From positions 1-44,919 of IMG/VR virus record IMGVR_UViG_3300012200_000009: a DNA stretch of 44,919 bases, one strand, 5' to 3'. The notes under the pieces were generated by a model. It had not been told where the DNA came from. It searched no databases and saw only the letters and a list, made by a program, of their open reading frames with translations. This document shows, piece after piece, positions 18,587 through 26,154 of the stretch (positions within the stretch are counted from its first letter, which is position 1; the number at the start of each line of letters is the position of its first letter). The stretch comes from a virus. Taxonomy: Duplodnaviria; Caudoviricetes. The position numbers were made by a program, and so were the translations under genes.

Positions 18587-18653
18587 TCTTGTAACTTAGT
18601 CTCACCACAGCGGTGAAACTGCTCTTGTAACTTAGTTCCACCGTTGTGGAACT
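18587..18653 (-). repeat. tandem hairpin-plus-tail repeat
   Basis: TCTTGTAACTTAGT at 18587 and 18623, each overlapping an 8-9 bp stem-loop. Confidence 0.8.
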
Positions 18654-18657
18654 CTCC

Positions 18658-18900
18658 GCCTTGCCACGCCATACCCGACCGAACCAAGCCTTGCCGCGCC
18701 TGGCCCTACCACGCCCCACCATGCCATCCTTACCGGGCCTTACCGGGCCTCACCCTGCCAGACCTTACAATGCCACACCTGACCTCACCCGACCAGGCCA
18801 AAGCATACCGTACCTTAGCAACCGGGCCGCACCCGGCCTGACCTGACCTAACCCTACCGTGCCAGACCAAACCCCGCCCGACCTTACCACGCCTATCCTC
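18658..18900 (-). ncRNA. NN-GGY pentamer array 2, putative guide RNA array
   Basis: About 47 five-nt units in blocks of 13, 18 and 16, separated by 4-nt units at 18723 and 18817. Confidence 0.8.
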
Positions 18901-19324
18901 ACCTGCCTTGTATGATTTCCCATACTTGCAGTACACAGTTCTCCACATCCAGGTGTACTTCTGTGCCAGTAAAGCGCCAGATACGCCAGCCTAGAAGCTG
19001 TATGACTCTTGCTCTTTGTGCGTCGTATGTGCGATCACGTTTGCTGTTGTGGTATTGATGCCCGTCTAGCTCGATCACCGTCATGCTTTCAGGGTGTGCG
19101 AAATCGACACGATAGCGGTCTATGTGGTACTGGCATAAGAGTTTTATGGAAGGGAATTGCTTGCACCATTCCGCATAGAAATCTGTTTCAATTGGGCTTA
19201 TGGTGGATGTCTTCACTTCAGGTACAATGGCCTTGATTATTGATTGCCTTGCTGTACGTTGCAATGCATCATATTGATTGAAGTCTTTTAGATAGTCGTT
19301 TATATCGTGCATAGGTTTACTCAT
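18899..19324 (-). CDS. DUF559 / Vsr-like endonuclease
   Basis: YRVDF...VIELDGHQYH...D..R......GW.I.RFTG pattern. Confidence 0.85.
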   Translation of the reverse strand: MSKPMHDINDYLKDFNQYDALQRTARQSIIKAIVPEVKTSTISPIETDFYAEWCKQFPSIKLLCQYHIDRYRVDFAHPESMTVIELDGHQYHNSKRDRTYDAQRARVIQLLGWRIWRFTGTEVHLDVENCVLQVWEIIQGR

Positions 19325-19526
19325 GTTTGCCAGCCTTGCTAATCTTGACTACCTTCATGGTGGACACGTCGTATACCAACGCCACCGTATCGCCTAGCAT
19401 GATGCCCTGTGTGCCTGCCAGCGTCGGCTCTAGCCAGAATGCATAGCCGCTCTCTAGCTGAATGAAATCGCCGTCTATGCGGGTGATGCGCCCCAGGCAC
19501 GTAGAAACGGTAAGCTCGCTACTCAT
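19317..19526 (-). CDS. hypothetical protein
   Basis: Short beta-rich ORF overlapping the next start. Confidence 0.5.
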   Translation of the reverse strand: MSSELTVSTCLGRITRIDGDFIQLESGYAFWLEPTLAGTQGIMLGDTVALVYDVSTMKVVKISKAGKHE

Positions 19527-19680
19527 GCTGCATGCACTTTCTGGTAATGCTTCACCTTATAGCGCAACTTCTCGCACTCGCTGCACCTTTTGCGCAGTTT
19601 GTGGAGGCCACACAGCGCACGGTGCGCGGCGAGTTGGCGCATGAGCTGTGCGAGGCGATAGCGTGCGTACCAGTGATAGG

Positions 19681-20004
19681 TCATGGGGCCTCCTCAAGCA
19701 AAGGCCGGGGATCAGCTTTGCCGAAATACTTATTGACGAACTTGCCATGATCCCAACGCCTACCACGCCAATAGCCTTTATCGTTCATGATCGTCATAGG
19801 ATAGCCGTCAACCATGTAATGCACATGGTTGTTCACCTGGGGCATCTGTGCGCGTCGTGCCTCTTCCTGTGCTTCCAACTGAGCACAGATCTTGCAGCGA
19901 TCATTTGAGTAGATGACACGGCTCTTTCTCGGTGGTCGTACTGGCCTGCAAGCGACATGATCGCATGTGTAGATGACGGTAACGTAGATGAGTTCAATGA
20001 CCAT
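19681..20004 (-). CDS. hypothetical protein
   Basis: AGGAGG RBS; Cys motifs and a YW...KYFGK segment. Confidence 0.55.
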   Translation of the reverse strand: MVIELIYVTVIYTCDHVACRPVRPPRKSRVIYSNDRCKICAQLEAQEEARRAQMPQVNNHVHYMVDGYPMTIMNDKGYWRGRRWDHGKFVNKYFGKADPRPLLEEAP

Positions 20005-20203
20005 GCTGCGCCTCCTCCTGTCTTGCCCGATCCGTGTTCTGTATCGCTAGTTCAACGCGCCTGCACTCCTCGCACACAGCTCGCGCCTGGCCGTTGATGA
20101 CGACCGTCGTGGTTGCCTCACGGTCGCACTCACGGTCGCAGTCTAGAGGGTACGTGCAGCCGTAGCGACGCGGCCAGGGGAAAGGCTCAATCTGTTGGGG
20201 CAT
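19994..20203 (-). CDS. hypothetical Cys-rich protein
   Basis: AGGAGG RBS; CDREC and CEEC motifs. Confidence 0.55.
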   Translation of the reverse strand: MPQQIEPFPWPRRYGCTYPLDCDRECDREATTTVVINGQARAVCEECRRVELAIQNTDRARQEEAQHGH

Positions 20204-20396
20204 GGCTGGCCTCCTGCCCTATCATCGCCTTGTTGAGATTGTCTGCCATACGATCATAGAGGGCCTTTTCCCGCTTACTGAGGTCTTTCCATGCGTTTAC
20301 GGTTGTAGGTGTGTGCTGCAAGCCGCGTTTACGCACATCGTCTAGCTGAACCTTGTTATAGGCTTCGTGTACATCTTGTCCTGTAAGCTCTTTCAT
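20187..20396 (-). CDS. hypothetical protein
   Basis: AGGAGG RBS; WKDLSKREKALY segment. Confidence 0.6.
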   Translation of the reverse strand: MKELTGQDVHEAYNKVQLDDVRKRGLQHTPTTVNAWKDLSKREKALYDRMADNLNKAMIGQEASHAPTD

Positions 20397-20662
20397 CGTT
20401 GTGCCTCCTGTGTCCGCTTGACAAGCTCCTCTGCTGTGATGCCGAGCAGCTGCGCCAGGAGTGCAGCGAGGCGCATATCGTAGCCATGCTGCATGTATCC
20501 GCTTACGGTTGGCGTGGCAATGCGAAGAGTAGCGTTCTCATCGACAACGGTCGCTGCGGGCATAAGTTGGGTGACTTCCCTGGTGATATCGGATGCTTCG
20601 TTCAAGCGACTACCTCCTGCCTGTAGATCATGTTGAGACATCCTATTTGCACATGTAGACAA
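20393..20662 (-). CDS. hypothetical protein (start uncertain)
   Basis: ORF coupled to the downstream gene. Confidence 0.45.
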   Translation of the reverse strand: MSTCANRMSQHDLQAGGSRLNEASDITREVTQLMPAATVVDENATLRIATPTVSGYMQHGYDMRLAALLAQLLGITAEELVKRTQEAQR

Positions 20663-20844
20663 AAATCCTTCTCTTCTTCAGACAGGTTTTCATCTATAGG
20701 GACTTTCCATATGACTACGAATAAACAGACAATCGCAGAATGTAACGCATCTGCTGCTTGATTGCGTGTAAAGCCATTCTCACGCAGCAATTTGACGAAG
20801 TTCGGTGCAAAGTCGATCAGTTCTTGGCGTTGCTTCTCATTCAT
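20602..20844 (-). CDS. hypothetical protein
   Basis: ATGA overlap with the HTH gene. Confidence 0.5.
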   Translation of the reverse strand: MNEKQRQELIDFAPNFVKLLRENGFTRNQAADALHSAIVCLFVVIWKVPIDENLSEEEKDFCLHVQIGCLNMIYRQEVVA

Positions 20845-21095
20845 GCAACACCTGCCTTTCGTTTGCTTCGTTTGGGATGCTGGTACATGAGTTGCTGAGG
20901 GGTAATATCCAGGGCTACGGCGATCTGGCGTATGACACTTCCTCGCGCCCCCTGGTATCTAGCAATCTCAATATTCATAATCGTGTACTTACTCACACCT
21001 GCAAGATCGCCTAACTGCTTCTGTGAGAGGTGCGCTGATTTGCGCCATTCTTTCAGGTGTGGCAACGGTGTGCCGGTGTTGTCGATCTTCCTCAT
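20841..21095 (-). CDS. XRE/Cro-like HTH regulator
   Basis: LKEWR....LSQKQLGDLAGVSKYTIMNIE...IAVALDI pattern. Confidence 0.9.
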   Translation of the reverse strand: MRKIDNTGTPLPHLKEWRKSAHLSQKQLGDLAGVSKYTIMNIEIARYQGARGSVIRQIAVALDITPQQLMYQHPKRSKRKAGVA

Positions 21096-21388
21096 GCTGC
21101 ACCTCTCACTTCACGTCCGATGAGATGCCTTGCTAAAATAATCTCCCACATGCGGTCATAGCAGGCTTTGCAGACATGCCGTATTTCGCTCGGATAAGAG
21201 ATGCCGTTTAGCCTGAATGCTTCGGTGTGATAGGTGATCTCGGCGTGATGCCAGCACTCGATACCGTTCTCTTTGGCTTCACAGGTTGGAAGCGCATAGC
21301 GTGTTGATGTGCTAAAATAGGGACTCTCGTCCGTTTTACTGATGTAAGGACGTGTGTCGCGTGGTATACTATTATCATGCGTATGCAT
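21092..21388 (-). CDS. hypothetical protein
   Basis: AAAGGAG RBS; CKAC motif. Confidence 0.6.
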   Translation of the reverse strand: MHTHDNSIPRDTRPYISKTDESPYFSTSTRYALPTCEAKENGIECWHHAEITYHTEAFRLNGISYPSEIRHVCKACYDRMWEIILARHLIGREVRGAA

Positions 21389-21437
21389 TAAACAACTCCT
21401 TTCGAGTTGTGACTAGCCTCGGGCCTTGCGCTTACAT

Positions 21438-21466
21438 TTGTCTTATCCTTACGGATGTGCTACACT
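21438..21466 (+). promoter_or_regulatory. sigma70-type promoter, antisense to the early minus-strand operon
   Basis: TTGTCT, 17 nt, TACACT with a TG extension. Confidence 0.6.
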
Positions 21467-21493
21467 GTAAGCAAAGGTCGAGGTGGACTCGCT

Positions 21494-21544
21494 AACCTGG
21501 ATGCTAAGTCGCCAAACTTGTAAGCGTCCAGGTTCTTTCTTTTC
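21494..21544 (+). terminator. intrinsic terminator-like hairpin
   Basis: AACCTGGATGCT / AGCGTCCAGGTT stem followed by CTTTCTTTT. Confidence 0.65.
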
Positions 21545-21675
21545 AGCCTTATTGACTGCTGCTAGACTCTCTCTGAGTTTTCATGTATACTATTCCTAGT
21601 CTACTTTTGCTATGTGCAGTTATCTTGATGTCGAGGCGCCGATGGCTTCCCGAGTCAGCACTTCCTGCTTTTTGG

Positions 21676-21870
21676 CTACTTCTCTTCTACATGTTTCGGC
21701 TTGATCTGCTTCCGTTTCATGAGGTCATCCAGATCGGATTGTCGAATCCGATATTGTCCTCCTAATCCACTTGCGACTAAATCGCCTCTCAATATCCATC
21801 GTCTAATAGTATTAGGATGGAACTCAAGCAGGTCTGCTACTTGCTGGAGCGTATAGATACGTTCTTCCAT
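21676..21870 (-). CDS. excisionase-like HTH DNA-binding protein
   Basis: YTLQQVADLL....TIRRWI.RGDL.A......YRI...DLD pattern. Confidence 0.85.
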   Translation of the reverse strand: MEERIYTLQQVADLLEFHPNTIRRWILRGDLVASGLGGQYRIRQSDLDDLMKRKQIKPKHVEEK

Positions 21871-21951
21871 GTATACGTTTGCGCCCCTCATGCTAGGCTC
21901 CCTCACAGTACAATGTTCACTATTAATAACCAACGCACACTAACACATATC

Positions 21952-21980
21952 AGTGTACCGTGTACATTCGCATTTGTCAA
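21952..21980 (-). promoter_or_regulatory. sigma70-type promoter
   Basis: TTGACA, 17 nt, TACACT on the minus strand. Confidence 0.75.
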
Positions 21981-22159
21981 GCCATCCACCGATTATGAAG
22001 AAATCTTAATATGGATGATGAACTTTTGTTCTAGAGCTTGTGTAACAGTCAAAATCTAGAGAGACGGCTTGCTCATTGTACACCGAGAGTCCATGTTAAA
22101 AATCACATAAAACTGGTGGGAATGGTTAAGAAATCCGTGAAAACGTGAAGATTTCCACG

Positions 22160-22381
22160 TCATAACCACCCTCCAAGAAATCCAATCATAGCAACCCAAC
22201 AGAGCACCGCTGCAATAGCCAACACATCTGAACCATACCACAGCACCATATGTTCGTGTTTATTTTGTAAGGTTACATTTCTACTCATGCCAATGGAGAC
22301 AATGAGCAGGAGCACCCCCAAAACAAAACATGCTGATGCCATATCAGCATTCGGCATCCATATAGGAAAAATACTCTTCAT
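22160..22381 (-). CDS. small membrane protein
   Basis: Two hydrophobic helices in an AT-richer segment. Confidence 0.55.
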   Translation of the reverse strand: MKSIFPIWMPNADMASACFVLGVLLLIVSIGMSRNVTLQNKHEHMVLWYGSDVLAIAAVLCWVAMIGFLGGWL

Positions 22382-22605
22382 CGCACATATACCACAGTGA
22401 TGCCGCGCCGAAACATGCTGACTTTCTCAATGGGTGATTGACTGGCCACGCGCCAGCCCTGCCTGGCCAGCTTCTTTGCGTCGTGCTGAAACTTCTTCAC
22501 CGCCGAGTACGACGGCCAGCCAGCCTTGTACACCTTCACCATTTGCTCAGGCGGGCGTTGTGGCTGCTGGTATGGATACTGTGGTCGCTGTTGATATGGG
22601 TTCAT
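22378..22605 (-). CDS. hypothetical protein
   Basis: MNPYQQ start behind AAAGGA. Confidence 0.55.
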   Translation of the reverse strand: MNPYQQRPQYPYQQPQRPPEQMVKVYKAGWPSYSAVKKFQHDAKKLARQGWRVASQSPIEKVSMFRRGITVVYVR

Positions 22606-22813
22606 TGTACGTGTGTCCTTTCTACGAATATGGTATACTATTTGCACTTTTATTGTTAAGCGCATTGACAAAGAAAGTACAAAGTTTGCATGAGAGCACC
22701 GGATTATTCACGGTGCTTTTGTGTTATACTGAGTGTGTGCATGGCGCCAGGTGCATTTGACTGTGGTATACCTGTGAGCTACCCGTTAAATCTTTCATCA
22801 CCTGGCGCTGGCC

Positions 22814-23062
22814 TCACGCAGCCGGTTTGACGGCTGGCCTTTCTGCTGTGTCCTCCCCAGTGATCGACCAGGGCTTTTCCTTGTACTCTTTCAAACGCTT
22901 CACGTCAGCGAGCGCGAGATATTTGCGCCTATCACGTCCAAACTTCGTTGGTGTGATCTTCAGATCATGCATGTAATTGTAGATCGAAGCACGCTTGACG
23001 CCGATATACTGCGCAGCCTCCGCAAGGTTCATGTACTCCTTTTCTTCTGTCATAATTGACAT
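22814..23062 (-). CDS. excisionase/MerR-like HTH regulator
   Basis: YMNLAEAAQYIGVKRASIYNY pattern; AGGAG RBS; divergent from the plus-strand cluster. Confidence 0.85.
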   Translation of the reverse strand: MSIMTEEKEYMNLAEAAQYIGVKRASIYNYMHDLKITPTKFGRDRRKYLALADVKRLKEYKEKPWSITGEDTAERPAVKPAA

Positions 23063-23090
23063 AACTCCTATCTATATTGTACCTAATACG

Positions 23091-23176
23091 AGTATAACGA
23101 ATACATATGAATTTGTCAAGAGTGTCCAATATTAGTCCATGATGCGCTTGACTTCTGTCTATGAACATGCTATACT
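23091..23176. promoter_or_regulatory. divergent sigma70-type promoter pair
   Basis: Minus strand TTGACA (23119-23114), 17 nt, TATACT; plus strand TTGACT (23148), 17 nt, TATACT (23171). Confidence 0.85.
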
Positions 23177-23208
23177 ATGTATATAGAATGAAGTTAAGGA
23201 GTTTTGAA

Positions 23209-23499
23209 ATGGCAACAGAAATCAAGGCAAACGCAATCTACAAGATCATCGGGCAGAACTGTTATGCAGTTCCTAGCAATAGCTCAGACGCAATGTACAA
23301 GGTGTGCTTCGATGAGAGTGCAGCCAATTGGACATGCACCTGCCGCCACGGTGAAGTTCAATCGGAGCGCGGCCAAGCCGCTCGCTGTTGCCACGTTGCA
23401 GCAGTGCAAGTTTCGATCAAGGCAAACTTGCCAGTCTCTACTGACCAAAAAGGCTTGCTGCACAGTGCCAGTGGCAAAGCGTTCAGTTTACTGAAATAA
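23209..23499 (+). CDS. SWIM zinc-finger protein
   Basis: YxV...CTC...CCH motif; AAGGAG RBS. Confidence 0.8.
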   Translation: MATEIKANAIYKIIGQNCYAVPSNSSDAMYKVCFDESAANWTCTCRHGEVQSERGQAARCCHVAAVQVSIKANLPVSTDQKGLLHSASGKAFSLLK

Positions 23500-23513
23500 G
23501 AAAGGAAACAATC

Positions 23514-23903
23514 ATGAAGCAAGAATTAGAACAGTATCGCGTTGAGCCTGGGAACTTTTGGCAAGCATTACCGATGATGGGCGTCGATGGATATGACACC
23601 ATCGGGCTTGCAGAGAAACGCAAGTGGTACGTCGTTCCTAGTTGGGGGCGAGACGGATATGATTTGGGTAGCTGGCCGCTCGTTATCGTGTTCGTGCGAA
23701 ACACGAAAGAGTCCTTTGATGTCATCGAATACGTTGAGGGTGATGTATGTATGTACTCTTGCCCGACCTCTGGGATACGCCAATCCATTATAGACGAACT
23801 GGCTTTCTTCCATTGGAAGCATCAAGGCGAGTCCTGGGTAAAGGACTATGAGAGCGTAGAGCAGTTACCAGAAGAATTATGCGGCCCTTATCGAGCAGCA
23901 TGA
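23514..23903 (+). CDS. hypothetical protein
   Basis: AAAGGA RBS; Trp-rich globular ORF. Confidence 0.7.
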   Translation: MKQELEQYRVEPGNFWQALPMMGVDGYDTIGLAEKRKWYVVPSWGRDGYDLGSWPLVIVFVRNTKESFDVIEYVEGDVCMYSCPTSGIRQSIIDELAFFHWKHQGESWVKDYESVEQLPEELCGPYRAA

Positions 23904-24298
23904 GCTTAGAGCGATTATTGAGAGATGAGGCTGAATTGCTGGCCTCGTTTCTCGGAGAGGAATTTGAAATGGAACATCAAGCATTTTACGAAGGCTTATT
24001 CCTGACGATGGAGCGATCGGGCCAGGACTTCAGGACTGAGCAGGAAAAGCTAGAAGAGCAACGACTCGACGCTCTTGCTCAGGAGGATGTCGAGCATACG
24101 CGCAATGGCTATGGAGCCACAGAAGCGCAGCCATCAAAAGTGGAAGTCGCTATCGGCCAGGGCAAGACTGCCACGTTCTACCGTGAGGCGGGCGATGTGC
24201 TGCTTGAGTGCGAGGAAAGCGCGTTCTACCTGGACAGGGACGAGGCGTATCGGCTATTATCGTTGTTGGAGGCAGAGTTCAAAGGAAGTGTCGTATGA
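23900..24298 (+). CDS. hypothetical acidic protein
   Basis: ATGA overlaps on both sides. Confidence 0.6.
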   Translation: MSLERLLRDEAELLASFLGEEFEMEHQAFYEGLFLTMERSGQDFRTEQEKLEEQRLDALAQEDVEHTRNGYGATEAQPSKVEVAIGQGKTATFYREAGDVLLECEESAFYLDRDEAYRLLSLLEAEFKGSVV

Positions 24299-24864
24299 CA
24301 GTCAAGATACACGGCAATCAATACGTGACCGTTGTCGAGCGCATGGACATGATGCGCCAATCTGAGAAGCCTTTTGAAATCGTGGAGAGTATGCCGATAC
24401 AGGTCGGTGATCGGTGCGTGTGGCGTGTGGCTATCATGCTCGGCGATTTCAAGTTCTACGGCAGCGCTGAATGCCACTTCAACGCGAAGCCTGGCACTGC
24501 TGACGCCACAGACCCGTTTGCCTGCGCCGAAACATCGGCTATCGGTCGGGCGCTTGGCTTTGCTGGCTATGGTGCGGTTGAGAGTATCGCCAGTGCTGAC
24601 GAGGTGGTTCGCAATCAGGAGCCAGCACCACAACCAAAGCCAGCCTTGCAGACGGTGCCAGCGCAGCCTGAAACGCCAGCCGTCAAGGAATTGCAAAAAC
24701 GCTGTAACGCACTCTTCGGCGTTGGCTTCTGGCAAGCGATGATCTTGAAAGCTCTCAAGGTTGAGAACATGGATATCGTGCTGAAGGATAGCGATTTGAC
24801 GGCAGATGATCGGCTCGCTATTCAGAAGTACATGGACTTTGCCGAGGCCAGGAAGGCCAGCTAG
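24295..24864 (+). CDS. putative single-strand annealing (Rad52-like) recombination protein
   Basis: YVTVxER and AETSAIGRAL motifs seen in phage annealing proteins. Confidence 0.55.
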   Translation: MTVKIHGNQYVTVVERMDMMRQSEKPFEIVESMPIQVGDRCVWRVAIMLGDFKFYGSAECHFNAKPGTADATDPFACAETSAIGRALGFAGYGAVESIASADEVVRNQEPAPQPKPALQTVPAQPETPAVKELQKRCNALFGVGFWQAMILKALKVENMDIVLKDSDLTADDRLAIQKYMDFAEARKAS

Positions 24865-24872
24865 GAGGAGAA

Positions 24873-25064
24873 ATGACCACAACTGAGTTCAAGCGGAAAA
24901 TGCAGGCCGATGGATGGAAAGTGCGCAAATTGGAGAAGCTCGAAGTCTTTGAGATCAGCGCCGACAGAGTGCCGACGTTCCGCGTGACCTTTGCGGAATT
25001 GTACCCTTTGACTGATATCGGGCTGCTCATTGCAGAAAAGCTACGGCCTCATATCCCCTTTTAA
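24873..25064 (+). CDS. hypothetical protein, paralog of 11072-11278
   Basis: AGGAGG RBS; clear DNA and protein identity to the other copy. Confidence 0.75.
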   Translation: MTTTEFKRKMQADGWKVRKLEKLEVFEISADRVPTFRVTFAELYPLTDIGLLIAEKLRPHIPF

Positions 25065-25385
25065 ATAGTCGAATAGCAGGGCTGGTGCAAGCTGGCCCTA
25101 AAATGAAAAACCGTGCGCTAGGCTTGTACTTTGCCTATGCACGATCTTCCTCGGTGGCCTCTTTTAGCTTGTGAAGGACGACTCCTGCTTGTAGAGGTCT
25201 GCAATCAGTCCTTCGGCTCCTGGCCCTTCGTTCTTCCAGATAGCAGTTGCCTACACCCCTGATTGGCCTTCCTGTTTCATTTGCAATCTCCACAGGAGGC
25301 AAAGGTAAGCATACTCGCCATGCGCACAGTCTGTCAAGGCTCCACAGGTACAGGTATCAACACATCAGGTGCATTTCTGGTGTTG

Positions 25386-25853
25386 CTACTGCGTCGGCTG
25401 CTGCATTGCTGGTTGTACCGCGTTCAACTCAAGATTGGTAAAGTTCCGATTGAGCGGTGCGAATTGAGACGGCACGGGCTGTACCGATGTTGGGGTAGCC
25501 AACGCACCAGGTGCGAATGCGAATGTATGCGCTGGCTCTGGCGGTGCAACTGGCGCAGGTGCCTGTGGAATGTTGTTGTGAATGACCACGGGCGGCTGCG
25601 CTTGCATCGCTTGCATCTGTGAAACGACCTGGGTCAACTGCTCCTGCTGCGCATTGAGTTGCCCTTGCTGCGTTGGGCTAGGCGCTTTGAGTGCGAGATT
25701 GCCGCCAAAGAGCGCCAGGGCTGACCCGAACATCAGCGTTGCCGCCACGAAGTCGATCTTGCTCATGTACAGCAGCCCGATGCCGCCAATGACAAGCAAA
25801 GCGGCCAGGACAAGCGCCGATATTTCGGGTAGTGGGTTCGTGTTATTAGACAT
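25386..25853 (-). CDS. holin-like membrane protein
   Basis: Two N-terminal TM helices and a Pro/Gln tail; downstream of the endolysin. Confidence 0.55.
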   Translation of the reverse strand: MSNNTNPLPEISALVLAALLVIGGIGLLYMSKIDFVAATLMFGSALALFGGNLALKAPSPTQQGQLNAQQEQLTQVVSQMQAMQAQPPVVIHNNIPQAPAPVAPPEPAHTFAFAPGALATPTSVQPVPSQFAPLNRNFTNLELNAVQPAMQQPTQ

Positions 25854-25881
25854 GCTATAATTCCTTTCTGAAAGGTACGAA

Positions 25882-26154
25882 ATGACTGATAGAGATACAC
25901 ACTTTGCAGGCTTTTCCGAGTCACATTATCTTGAGTTAAGTGATCTCTTTGCTGAAATGTATGCTTGCCAGATAACGAATGACCATTCTGGTGAAGATCA
26001 GGCCAGATATACTATTCAAACCCTCATGGCGCAACGTGCCTATGATCTGGCCTATCACACGATGGCAAACGTCACGCAGGGAATGGCAGCAGAGAATGAG
26101 CATAGGCCAGACCTCGCAAGAAACATGCGCTACATTCCCGATCTTACACAATAG
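25882..26154 (+). CDS. hypothetical protein, RDTHF / AQRAYDLA / IPDLT family, copy 2
   Basis: Motifs shared with 7072-7356; TGCTATAAT promoter and AAAGGT RBS. Confidence 0.8.
   Translation: MTDRDTHFAGFSESHYLELSDLFAEMYACQITNDHSGEDQARYTIQTLMAQRAYDLAYHTMANVTQGMAAENEHRPDLARNMRYIPDLTQ

Noticed and set aside
17711-18900. Pentamer arrays as a CRISPR array or a simple microsatellite
   Set aside because: There are no 25-45 nt repeats with spacers, and variation is confined to two positions per unit rather than slippage-type copies.
17947-18948. Short ORFs over the arrays (17947-18132, 18644-18841, 18646-18846, 18730-18948) and the 40-aa N-terminal extension of the RAMP ORF
   Set aside because: They are by-products of stop-poor repeats; the RBS supports a start at 18567.
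11072-25064. Paralog pair as a diversity-generating retroelement TR/VR
   Set aside because: No reverse transcriptase is present and the differences are not adenine-specific.
25078-25385. Small ORFs or a strong terminator in the convergence zone
   Set aside because: Only a weak imperfect hairpin and short ORFs without a convincing RBS.
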